Source: a virus (taxonomy: Duplodnaviria > Caudoviricetes). From it: a DNA stretch of 64,000 nucleotides. Position 1 is the stretch's first letter. Each line of letters begins with the position of its first letter. The notes under the pieces are model-generated. The model ran no database searches. It saw only the letters and a list, made by a program, of their open reading frames with translations, and was not told the DNA's origin. Location: IMG/VR virus record IMGVR_UViG_3300046779_001679, positions 1 to 64,000 of that record, one strand, 5' to 3'. Position numbers and translations under genes: made by a program. Shown here piece after piece: positions 17,057-26,025 of the stretch.

Positions 17057-18526
17057 TTATTTTTGCCAATCCACTTTATCAATCGTGAAGGGATACTTGG
17101 CTTCCTTGTAAAATTTTTTCCTCGTTGTGAGGTGACGTTTCGCATATTTACAAGTGGAGGTAATGTCCCAGACCTGGACGAAGTCTTTGTCTTCTGCTTT
17201 TCGAATGCCTCGCCCAATGCTTTGTATAACTCTCGTAAAGCTCTTTCCGGGCTCCAAAAGAACCAAATTGAAAATACGAGGAATATTAATACCCACAGCG
17301 GCCACACCGTAAGTCGCCACAGTAATCTTGTCATTTGAAATTGCATGTTCTTTATACTCCGCCTTTCGGTCTTTTCCTTTTACTTCACCTGATATAAATG
17401 CTGCTTCTGGTAATAGTTCTGTTAAAAATTTGCCTGTGTCGATTCTATTCACTAATATAAGTGTATTGCCTGACTCTGATATGCCTTTAATTAAATTTGC
17501 TAGGTATGTCATACGTTCCTTGTTAGTAACAAGATACTTTAATTCTTCTGAGTATGACTTAAATTCTGGTAGGTCTAGTAGCTGTACAATTTGAATTTGT
17601 AAATTGCTTAACACACCCATTTCTTGTAATTGGTATGCAGCAATACCGCCAACGACTGGGCCGATGCTTGCAAAAATTGGTGCTGACTCAAATTCTTCTT
17701 TAGGAACTGTGCCTGTTAAGCCCCACCTAATAGGTGCATTTCTTAAGTTTTGTGTTAAGAGATTTTGTAGCACTTGTGCCTTGGCCATGTGTACTTCATC
17801 AACAATAACAGTTTCAACATCTTCGAGGAATTCTGCTAATGTTAGTGCATCATTTTCGTCCCAATTCTTTGATTTTTTATCAAGGACGTTAAGACTTTGC
17901 CATGTACAAATAGTATGCTTATGACCGATCATCTTTCGATCACCAAAATATACCCCTACATCTAGCCCCACATTAACAAAGTCCTCTTCAGTTTGTGTGA
18001 CGAGGTCTTTGTTAGGAACAATGACAACCGTGCGTCCATATTTTTCTGCACAGTGGGCAAGGGTAGCAGTCATGATGGTCTTACCTGCGCCAGTTGCTAC
18101 TTCTTGCAATGCTTGTGTGTTGGTAAAAAAGCGATTTACAACCTCTACTTGGTCATCTCTTAACATAATTGGTTGTCCAGCAAAGCGATGTCCTTCTGGC
18201 CATACCTTACCCATATCAGCCCAATAACTATTTTTAATTTCGTCGAAAGAAATTAATCCAGTAGTACGTAAATCTTCTACTTCACTAATATCAATATCAC
18301 ATTCTGCAAGTACTTCTAAGCACTTTTCTAACTGGCTCAGATAGCCGTTGCCTCCGAGCCCAAACATACTAACACTGCCATCCCAACGTCCTAGCTTGTA
18401 TGCTGGCCTGTATCGAGCAGTTGGATCTTCGTACTTAAATGTGTTTGCTAATTTTTTGCGAGCATCAAGAGGTAACCCCTCAAATTTGATGTTTACCTCG
18501 TCTCTTATAATTAATTTTATTCCCAT
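17057..18526 (-). CDS. uvsW: UvsW-like superfamily-2 DNA helicase
   Basis: ATGAGKT, DEVH, GLTGT, VATYG, QSIGRGIR. Confidence 0.92.
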   Translation of the reverse strand: MGIKLIIRDEVNIKFEGLPLDARKKLANTFKYEDPTARYRPAYKLGRWDGSVSMFGLGGNGYLSQLEKCLEVLAECDIDISEVEDLRTTGLISFDEIKNSYWADMGKVWPEGHRFAGQPIMLRDDQVEVVNRFFTNTQALQEVATGAGKTIMTATLAHCAEKYGRTVVIVPNKDLVTQTEEDFVNVGLDVGVYFGDRKMIGHKHTICTWQSLNVLDKKSKNWDENDALTLAEFLEDVETVIVDEVHMAKAQVLQNLLTQNLRNAPIRWGLTGTVPKEEFESAPIFASIGPVVGGIAAYQLQEMGVLSNLQIQIVQLLDLPEFKSYSEELKYLVTNKERMTYLANLIKGISESGNTLILVNRIDTGKFLTELLPEAAFISGEVKGKDRKAEYKEHAISNDKITVATYGVAAVGINIPRIFNLVLLEPGKSFTRVIQSIGRGIRKAEDKDFVQVWDITSTCKYAKRHLTTRKKFYKEAKYPFTIDKVDWQK

Positions 18527-19707
18527 GCAATCTTTGGCTCGTATAAAGGCTCCTTATCAGTGTAAGTGATTACAAGGTCACAACAATTTGCATAGACAGC
18601 AGTTTTGTTATGTCGTAAGCTATTTCCAATGCTAATAACACTCATAGGTTTCCAGTCGTTTTTTAGCAAAAATTTCGGAATTTTTCCACTTTGAACACCG
18701 ACAATTTTTGTGTCAGGAGTTAACACACAATTATATTTCTTTTGACTAATCAGTTGATTAAATTCTTTTCCTTGCTCATCGTTAGCAAGTCTAAAGTAAA
18801 TTCCTACATTATCAGTGATTCCATTTTTTTCCAAAATTTCACTGATTTTTGCCAATTCTTTGGCAGATTCTTTTGTGCCATATGAATCAAATACTAGCAG
18901 CGTTGGAAGACGATTCAATTCGACCAAACTTTCAAAAATATTGTCCAAAGAAAATTTAGACTTGTCAATCCATACTTTTGTGCTGTATCTGTTGGCAATA
19001 ATTTCTGTTGTATTTTCCGGTTCTTTTTCAGATTTTTTGGTAAAATACTGGTACCGCACAGACCTGTCTGCAACCAACATAGGATTAGTAACAGAGTCTT
19101 CGTTTAATTCTGCTTTTATCTTTTTTAAGAACTGTTCGTGCGTAATGTTGTCAAATGCAAACTTAGATTCAATTTCAGTTTTTGACCAAGATTTGATAAT
19201 TTCGTAAAATTCCATCAATTTTTCGTCAACATCAAACCCCAATCCTTTGACACCGTCGATTAAGGCAACAATATTTTTTTCAGTGTAACTTGCGTAGTAC
19301 AGCTTACCACTTGTTACTTGTACAAGTCCAGACAGCACTTTGTTCATAGCCATAATTTTTTGTCTAATGGCCGTAGAAAACGCAAATTCGATGGCAATAA
19401 CCGGGCTGCTTTCTTTTTCGAACTCAACGTATATACGCTTAGTCTTGTCAGCTGGTCTGAAAGGCTTTGACCACTTTGGATCGCCTAAACTACTGTCAAT
19501 GTCTTCAACTAGTTGGGACACAATTTTCTTGTTTTCGTTAAAAATTTTCACAATTAGTCGACCTTGATTTTCTGTAATAAAGTTAGGACCTGAAATATTC
19601 TTGTATAGGCTGGATAAGATACGAACGTCTCTATGAGCCATAGACTCTTTGAGAGTATCGATATTATTTGTTACCAAGTGCCTGAGGATTTGATCAATTT
19701 CTTTCAT
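18517..19707 (-). CDS. Hypothetical protein, 396 aa
   Basis: Long ORF coupled to uvsW with its own leaderless promoter. Confidence 0.75.
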   Translation of the reverse strand: MKEIDQILRHLVTNNIDTLKESMAHRDVRILSSLYKNISGPNFITENQGRLIVKIFNENKKIVSQLVEDIDSSLGDPKWSKPFRPADKTKRIYVEFEKESSPVIAIEFAFSTAIRQKIMAMNKVLSGLVQVTSGKLYYASYTEKNIVALIDGVKGLGFDVDEKLMEFYEIIKSWSKTEIESKFAFDNITHEQFLKKIKAELNEDSVTNPMLVADRSVRYQYFTKKSEKEPENTTEIIANRYSTKVWIDKSKFSLDNIFESLVELNRLPTLLVFDSYGTKESAKELAKISEILEKNGITDNVGIYFRLANDEQGKEFNQLISQKKYNCVLTPDTKIVGVQSGKIPKFLLKNDWKPMSVISIGNSLRHNKTAVYANCCDLVITYTDKEPLYEPKIAWE

Positions 19708-19713
19708 AACAAT

Positions 19714-19742
19714 ATTTTAACATTAGCAATAGTACAAGTCAA
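19714..19742 (-). promoter_or_regulatory. sigma70-type promoter TTGACT-17-TAAAAT, leaderless
   Basis: Hexamers at 19737-19742 and 19714-19719; ATG 6 nt downstream. Confidence 0.8.
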
Positions 19743-19750
19743 CATCTTAG

Positions 19751-19785
19751 AAAAAAATAGGCCTCATAAATATTTAAGGCCTATT
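19751..19785 (-). terminator. Intrinsic terminator after uvsY
   Basis: AATAGGCCT...AGGCCTATT stem followed by a T-run on the minus strand. Confidence 0.7.
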
Positions 19786-19807
19786 AGGTAGATTTTGGAC
19801 AAATTAG

Positions 19808-20263
19808 TTACAACGATGCATCTTCCATACCCGCAACACGCAATTTTACAATATTTGTAATTTGCCATTGCTTTTGATCTAATGCTTTAGTAATACCTAA
19901 CCACTTGTTGCGTAGCAAAGCAAAGTCGTTGATAATTTTTTCAAAATCAACTACATCTGCTTCGCCTTCAACAAACTTTTCACAGTCTCTACTACTAAGA
20001 GCACGTTGATAGTTTTCAAGATACTTTCTAAAATGCTGGCTTTTCAATCTTCTAAGTTCGATATTTAAATATTCCAAAATTGCTTCAATTTCTTGAAGCT
20101 GACTAAATCGTTGCTCCACAATACCAGGCATACCTGCCGCTGCTCTTTCTATATTTCCCGTTATACGGCATTCTGTTTTTGCGGCGTCCAGTTCTGCATT
20201 GTAATATACCACAGCATCGGGGATATACGAAATGTCTTTTGCAATCTTACTATACCAGCTCAT
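19808..20263 (-). CDS. uvsY: UvsY-like recombination mediator
   Basis: 151 aa helical; LSSRDCEKFVEGEADV...RNKWLGITKALDQKQWQITNIVKLR; next to RecA and gp32 genes. Confidence 0.8.
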   Translation of the reverse strand: MSWYSKIAKDISYIPDAVVYYNAELDAAKTECRITGNIERAAAGMPGIVEQRFSQLQEIEAILEYLNIELRRLKSQHFRKYLENYQRALSSRDCEKFVEGEADVVDFEKIINDFALLRNKWLGITKALDQKQWQITNIVKLRVAGMEDASL

Positions 20264-20496
20264 TAAAAGTCCAGTTCTTTATAATCGTCGTCTTCGTCGC
20301 TTGGCTCATCAAGGTAGTAATCAATTGCTGCATCAAGTGTTCCATCGATGCCCATTGCACTTTGCAATGTGCGATCACTAACACCGTAGTCTGCTAACAA
20401 GTCAACATATCTTTCTGCCGCAACTTCTAATTGTTTCTTATCGATAAAGTCGCTAAACAATACCCAGATGTCGCCAATTTGTGTTTCACTCAACAT
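20263..20496 (-). CDS. Small acidic hypothetical protein
   Basis: Coupled between uvsX and uvsY. Confidence 0.65.
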   Translation of the reverse strand: MLSETQIGDIWVLFSDFIDKKQLEVAAERYVDLLADYGVSDRTLQSAMGIDGTLDAAIDYYLDEPSDEDDDYKELDF

Positions 20497-21553
20497 GATC
20501 TTCGTTCTCCTCAGGAATGGATGTTTCTGTCACTTCTGGTTTGATATGAAATTTCTCCATTATCATATCTAATTTATCATCTTTCCATTCTTTTCGGTAG
20601 AATTTGAACTCTTCTCCAGTTTCCGGATCAATCCACTTGAGTCTGTTACCTTCTTGCTTGAGCAAACCTTCTGCTTCAAACAAATCAACAAGACCACTGT
20701 AAGGACTCATGCCAGTTGCGTAAGGAATCTTGACTTGAACACTTTCAAATGGTTTAGCATAACGTGTCTTCATGATTTTACATGCAGCACGAATACCATT
20801 TACCTCTGAAGTTTTGTTACCGTCTTCATCTTCTTTCAACTTTAACTTACGCATAGCAACTACAATAGAACTTGCGTAGATAAAGCCTTGACCGCCGGAG
20901 ATTTTGTCATCTGGGTCAAACATATCTTGTGAAGCATATGTGTGGTTAGTAGCAACTAAACCGATATTCAATGCACCGAACATGTTAACACAGTTACGAA
21001 CTAGTGCAGTAAGTGCTTTTGGCTTACGACCCATGTCGCCTTTTAGATCTCCCGCTTCGAATTGATTAACATCGGTTGGGGTCAAAAGCATACCTAGTGA
21101 GTCAATTACAAACAACACTTTTGGTCGAGCTTCTTCTGGCATTGCTCTGTATTCAGTAACAAACTCGTTAATAGTTTTAGCTACATCATCGATCATTGCC
21201 ATGTTGAGTTTGAGCAACTTTTCTTCACTTGTATCTACACCAAGTGCGTGCAACCACTTTTCATCCAATGCATTTTCACTGTCAACTAATACAACGTAAA
21301 TGCCCTGTTCTTGTGCGGCTTTAACAAGGTTACCAGAGCAAATATAAGACTTGCCTGCGCCAGATTCGCCTGCAAATACAGTTACTTTACCTAGTGGGAC
21401 ACCTTTTTTAAAGTCTCCGCTAATTAGGTAATTTAATGCGTAGTTACCTGTACTGATCCAATCAGTTGGATCGCTAAACCCTACACTAAGTCCAGAAATA
21501 GACTTAGTTAAGGTTTTTCTAAATTTTGATAAATCAAAAGGCTTTGATGCCAT
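20486..21553 (-). CDS. uvsX: UvsX/RecA-like recombinase
   Basis: STGNYALN, FAGESGAGKS, VIDSLG, TNHTY, SGGQG, KTRY; RBS-supported start MASKPFDL near 21553. Confidence 0.93.
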   Translation of the reverse strand: MASKPFDLSKFRKTLTKSISGLSVGFSDPTDWISTGNYALNYLISGDFKKGVPLGKVTVFAGESGAGKSYICSGNLVKAAQEQGIYVVLVDSENALDEKWLHALGVDTSEEKLLKLNMAMIDDVAKTINEFVTEYRAMPEEARPKVLFVIDSLGMLLTPTDVNQFEAGDLKGDMGRKPKALTALVRNCVNMFGALNIGLVATNHTYASQDMFDPDDKISGGQGFIYASSIVVAMRKLKLKEDEDGNKTSEVNGIRAACKIMKTRYAKPFESVQVKIPYATGMSPYSGLVDLFEAEGLLKQEGNRLKWIDPETGEEFKFYRKEWKDDKLDMIMEKFHIKPEVTETSIPEENEDHVE

Positions 21554-21623
21554 ATTTGTGTTTCTCCTAAAATAGTGATGGCTTGGGCGTAGCACTAGGT
21601 GCAAGAGGCCCAAACTGTGTTAA

Positions 21624-22625
21624 TTACTGCTTTTGACGATTGCGAATCATTGCCAAGATGTCTTGTGCTCGGCTATCGCCACCAGTGCTTGCAGGTGCTG
21701 CTTCTGCTTTAGGAGCAGGTGCAGTTTCAGCTACTGGTGCAGGTGCTGCTTTAGGAGCAGGTGCAGAATACTCTTCAGCATCGTCGTGTGTAACACGAGA
21801 TACTGTAGTTGTTGCTTTGTTAGGATCACCAGTATTTTGTGACATACCTGCTGGCTTGAAGTATTGTCCCCAACGATCCATATCAAATGGTTCGCCTTCG
21901 ACGCTTGCTTCAAACATTTCCTTGATAACCTTTAGTTCGACATCACTTGGCTTCTTAGGCAAGAAGTCTGACAAGTTAAACAGATTATGTTGCTGAATTG
22001 CACCAGCTTCTGTTTCGCTTAGTGGACGTGAACGACGGCTCCAAGTAGAAGTAGAGTAGTCAGCGTAACCGCCTTTGCTACCTTTCTTCATACGGAAGTC
22101 AATACCGTTGATGTAATCTGTTGGTAGATCTTCGAGTTCTGGATCTAGCAATGCAGATTGGATTAGTTTAAAAATTTGAGGTCCGATAATGAATCGGCGG
22201 ATTGGGTTTTCTGGTAATTCTTTTTCGCCAAGTCCGTCTTCTACAACAAACCCTTGGAAAATGTAAGAACGCTTCTTCCAGTACTTACGACCCATATCTT
22301 CGAGGCTTGGATCTTTAAACCAGCCGCGGACTTCGCTTAGAATTGGGCAAGTCTCGCCATACATTTCCATGCATGGTACTTGAACGATTGTTTCTTTGTT
22401 ATCGGTTTCACCTTTAACGCCTGCGAATGGCAATTTAATCATTGCACGTTCGACCCAGAAAAAAGTGTTGTTTTGATTACCGTCTGGTAGGAAGCGTAGG
22501 ATTGCTTCTTGACCTTCTTTTAAGTTCCAGAACGGATAAATTGAATTGTCACCGCCTGTACGTTCTCCTGAACCACGTTGTTCAGCTGCCTTTAATTTTG
22601 CGCGAATTTCTGCCAAAGATGCCAT
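21624..22625 (-). CDS. T4 gp32-like single-stranded DNA-binding protein
   Basis: LAEIRAKL, RFLPD, Zn-type PCME...CP, YWKKRSY, KGGYADYS, acidic Ala/Pro tail. Confidence 0.88.
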   Translation of the reverse strand: MASLAEIRAKLKAAEQRGSGERTGGDNSIYPFWNLKEGQEAILRFLPDGNQNNTFFWVERAMIKLPFAGVKGETDNKETIVQVPCMEMYGETCPILSEVRGWFKDPSLEDMGRKYWKKRSYIFQGFVVEDGLGEKELPENPIRRFIIGPQIFKLIQSALLDPELEDLPTDYINGIDFRMKKGSKGGYADYSTSTWSRRSRPLSETEAGAIQQHNLFNLSDFLPKKPSDVELKVIKEMFEASVEGEPFDMDRWGQYFKPAGMSQNTGDPNKATTTVSRVTHDDAEEYSAPAPKAAPAPVAETAPAPKAEAAPASTGGDSRAQDILAMIRNRQKQ

Positions 22626-22684
22626 AATGTTTCTCCTATTGTTAGCCTTTGTGTTTTTGCCTTTATGTTCTAACCTTTTAGAAC

Positions 22685-22718
22685 AAAAAACGCATACGTA
22701 TAAGTGTATGCGTTTTTA
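22685..22718 (-). terminator. Hairpin AAAAAACGCATAC...GTATGCGTTTTT
   Basis: Perfect stem with T-tails downstream of the 22769 gene. Confidence 0.8.
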
Positions 22719-22768
22719 TTTATCATTACAAGGCAAATGGTGCCTTAATTATGATGTTGTTTTACCAA

Positions 22769-23854
22769 TTATCTATGATGAATTAAACTAACAATTCTCT
22801 GTAGCTCATCATAGCCAGTGCTCTCTTCCATGTCACGTCTGTCTGCATTTGCTACACCTTGTTGAACTGGTGCTGCTGGTGCTGCTGGTGCTGTACTGCC
22901 TAACTTAGCTTGTAATCTAGCAACATAGTCCTTGTTAGCTTGCAATGTCATGTTGTTGCCTTTAGAGAACCTATCAATCTCTGCCTGAATCTTTGCAGCA
23001 TTCGGATTTGCTGGTGCTGCTGGTGCTGCTGCCGGTGCTGCTGGTGTAGCTGCCTGGCCTGCAGGTTGATTTAATGGGTTACTAGGATCTTTTCCTTGTG
23101 CTGCTGCAACTGTAGGACCTTTTAGACCTGTGCCTGGTGCTGCACCTACGTTAGGAACTTTTGGAGTAGCTGCTGCTTTTAATTCTGCTGCTGTTGGTCC
23201 GCCTTGACTGCCACGGCCTGCTCCTGCCCCTGATGGTGTTGCGCCTTGTCCGCCAGCAGCTTGTGGGAATTGTTTCATAGCTGCTTGAGTCATTGGTCCC
23301 ATAACACCGTCTGCGGTAATCTTTGCGCCAGCTGCAATTAATTTCTTTTGTAAATCTAACACACTCGGGTCAGGCTTTCTTGCTGGTTTTGCTGGTGTAG
23401 CTGCTTGCTGAGTAGGAGCAGCTTGTGGCGTAACAGGTAAACCGTTTTCTGGATTGATCATTTGGCCAGTAACTGGATCTTTCATAGAAACCATTTGCCC
23501 AGTAGCTGGATCAACTCCATTTGCTCTTTGTGTTGCTGCTGCGTCACTTGCTTTATCCATTTCATTTCTATCATCAGCTGGTGCTGCTGCTGGTGTAGCT
23601 GCTGGTGCTGCTGCCGGTGCTGCTGGTGCTGCTGGAAAGCCTAGTTGTTTTGCTAGTGCTTGATCTTGAGGATTTGTAAAGTGCGTTACTGGTGGTTTAG
23701 CGCCAGGCATTCTAGAAAGAATATACGGATCTTGTTGATTTGCGCCGCCCAGCCATTTAGCTTGTTCAGCATCCGGAGTCCATGCAGGAGCATCAGCCTC
23801 TGCTAACATACTCTTTTCTGTAACTATTTTGATATAATCGCGGATTGATGACAT
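22769..23854 (-). CDS. Ala/Pro-rich protein with a peptidoglycan-binding (PG_binding_1-like) domain
   Basis: VLDLQKKLIAAGAKITADGVMGPMTQAAMKQF; APAAP and DP.TG repeats. Confidence 0.75.
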   Translation of the reverse strand: MSSIRDYIKIVTEKSMLAEADAPAWTPDAEQAKWLGGANQQDPYILSRMPGAKPPVTHFTNPQDQALAKQLGFPAAPAAPAAAPAATPAAAPADDRNEMDKASDAAATQRANGVDPATGQMVSMKDPVTGQMINPENGLPVTPQAAPTQQAATPAKPARKPDPSVLDLQKKLIAAGAKITADGVMGPMTQAAMKQFPQAAGGQGATPSGAGAGRGSQGGPTAAELKAAATPKVPNVGAAPGTGLKGPTVAAAQGKDPSNPLNQPAGQAATPAAPAAAPAAPANPNAAKIQAEIDRFSKGNNMTLQANKDYVARLQAKLGSTAPAAPAAPVQQGVANADRRDMEESTGYDELQRIVSLIHHR

Positions 23855-23855
23855 G

Positions 23856-26015
23856 TTATTTCCCAAAGTTAATTTTTTTCATAAGGTCTTTAATTTGGTC
23901 TGCTGAAGATTTACTTTCGGCAAAACTTACTTTAATACCTTTTAGCATATTTTCTAATCCGCTAGCTTTATCGTCGTGATGAACTTCTGGCTCAGGAGCA
24001 CTACGTTGTACACCGGCTAATTTTAAAATATGAGATTGTTCTTGATCTTGTGGCTCTGTGCTAGGATCCTTTGCATCGATTAACTTAAAGACTTTAATTA
24101 GATCAGATGCTGGGCAATCACCAAACTCGCCTTCTTCCCAAGCCTTCTTTAACTTGATCTTCATGCGTGTTCCTCCAATAGTAAAGTTGCCTTCACTTAA
24201 TTGGTTGTTGCCTTCTTTATTATAGAATCCAGAAATATATTTTAGCATTGCTGGAATGCCAGCTTCTTGAGGTTCACTACCTTCTTCGTCGCTGAATCCA
24301 ACTGATTGCGGATCACAACCACATTCGTCAATAATTTCAGCAATGGTCTTAACACCGTAACCAAAATCTAATGCTGTTTCTAATGTTGCTCCTGCTGCCT
24401 TTGCTTTTCTTAGAGCGTTCATTATGCTTTCTGCCATTGGCGCTGCTGGCGCAGGAGTTGCCGGTGCAGGGGGAATTTCTTCAGGAGCTGCTGGAGGAAT
24501 TTCTGAAGCTGGCGGTACTGCTGCTGGTTCTGCCGGCGGAACTTCTGGAGCAGGTGCCGGAGCCTCTACTTCAGCTTCTGGTTGAGGAGTTGTTTCACCT
24601 TCGCCACCAAAGTGGATTAATGCTAATGTTTCAGCAGCGTTCCCTGGAAACTTGTCTTTGTTAGCAATTAACCATTGTTGAATAACTGGTCTAACATCTA
24701 AATTAGGATCTAAATCTGTGAGTCCGTTAATAAAATCCGGATCATCGATTAGTCCTTTAAGGCTTTCTACGGCATTGATACCACCTGGGCCACCTTGCAA
24801 TTCTTTTTCTAAAATCTTGTTTAGCTTGTCAATTGCTCTTAATTTGGCAGACTTGTTAGGACTAAAAATTTCGTCTTTGTCTTCGTTAACAATGCTATCC
24901 ATAAACGATTCAAATTCTAGTTCCGGAGCAAATGACTCAGTGTATCCGTTTTCTTGTTTACTATCTTCTACTTGATCTTCGTCTAGCAAATCGTCAACTG
25001 ATAACTCAGTAACAGGCAAATCGCCTTCGTTGACAAACTTGTAAATGTATGGAAAAACTGATTTTAATTCTTCATTAAATGTACGAATAGTTAAACGATC
25101 AACTAAATCATCAACTACTGACTCTGGAATTTGTTCTTGTTCTGTTTCTTCAAAAGATTCTGCAAACTGCGAGTAGTAGTTTGTCTTTTGTAGATTGTGT
25201 AATTCTTTCTTAATAGACTCAATACGTTCTGCAACTCTCATTGTTACAGTGCCCATTGCTTCACTAATTTGTGTTTGGCGCATTACGTAACCTTTGAATT
25301 TACGTAAGCCTGCTAATTCTTCACTTAGGCTAACAATATGTTTACCGATGCTGTCGTATGGAATACCACCAGCTTTAATGTGTTCAGCTAATGCACGAGC
25401 GCCGCTTAGGTGCTTAAACGGATATTTAAATCTTTCACCTTCTGCATTTTCAATGTAAATGCTTTCGATGTGCATTGTACGACCTGCTGGTAGATCAATA
25501 TTAACTGGCTGAGTGTGTTTAATGATTAAACGTGCTTCGCCTAGATCTTGATAACTCATTCTTGAATTACCGTAAAGTTTACTTTCCATAACTGGTTGCA
25601 TTGGCATAACTGGTTCTTCCTTGCGCTTCGCCTGGAACATGTAATCTCTCTTGTCCAAGTTACTTTTTCCGATGTTGTCTACTTTATAACTTAGAAGTCT
25701 ATCTCTAGCAAACTTTCTAAAACTACGGATGAATTTATATGCTCCGTGGTGCGTTGTTTCATTGTCATCGTCAACTAAGTCACCGCTTACTTGTACAACA
25801 ATACCAACTTGATCGTCTACTACGCCTAAATTAATAGAGATAGATCCTAGGCTTTCACCACCTTCAACGTATTCAAACTCAAAGAAGCGAGCCTTAGGAA
25901 TATCTTCTTTACGGGATAACGGAGCCGCGTGTTCATCACCGATTTTAATGTCTTGAAAACGGGTTTGTATCTTACCGTAAAGGTCTTTAGCAATATTATC
26001 TAAATTAATGTCCAT
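23856..26015 (-). CDS. Large acidic hypothetical protein, putative prohead core/scaffold-associated
   Basis: ATAAATA precedes ATG 26015 (MDINLD); many LxE/ES motifs and a Pro/Ala linker; adjacent to terminase. Confidence 0.65.
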   Translation of the reverse strand: MDINLDNIAKDLYGKIQTRFQDIKIGDEHAAPLSRKEDIPKARFFEFEYVEGGESLGSISINLGVVDDQVGIVVQVSGDLVDDDNETTHHGAYKFIRSFRKFARDRLLSYKVDNIGKSNLDKRDYMFQAKRKEEPVMPMQPVMESKLYGNSRMSYQDLGEARLIIKHTQPVNIDLPAGRTMHIESIYIENAEGERFKYPFKHLSGARALAEHIKAGGIPYDSIGKHIVSLSEELAGLRKFKGYVMRQTQISEAMGTVTMRVAERIESIKKELHNLQKTNYYSQFAESFEETEQEQIPESVVDDLVDRLTIRTFNEELKSVFPYIYKFVNEGDLPVTELSVDDLLDEDQVEDSKQENGYTESFAPELEFESFMDSIVNEDKDEIFSPNKSAKLRAIDKLNKILEKELQGGPGGINAVESLKGLIDDPDFINGLTDLDPNLDVRPVIQQWLIANKDKFPGNAAETLALIHFGGEGETTPQPEAEVEAPAPAPEVPPAEPAAVPPASEIPPAAPEEIPPAPATPAPAAPMAESIMNALRKAKAAGATLETALDFGYGVKTIAEIIDECGCDPQSVGFSDEEGSEPQEAGIPAMLKYISGFYNKEGNNQLSEGNFTIGGTRMKIKLKKAWEEGEFGDCPASDLIKVFKLIDAKDPSTEPQDQEQSHILKLAGVQRSAPEPEVHHDDKASGLENMLKGIKVSFAESKSSADQIKDLMKKINFGK

Positions 26016-26025
26016 GTTATATTTA

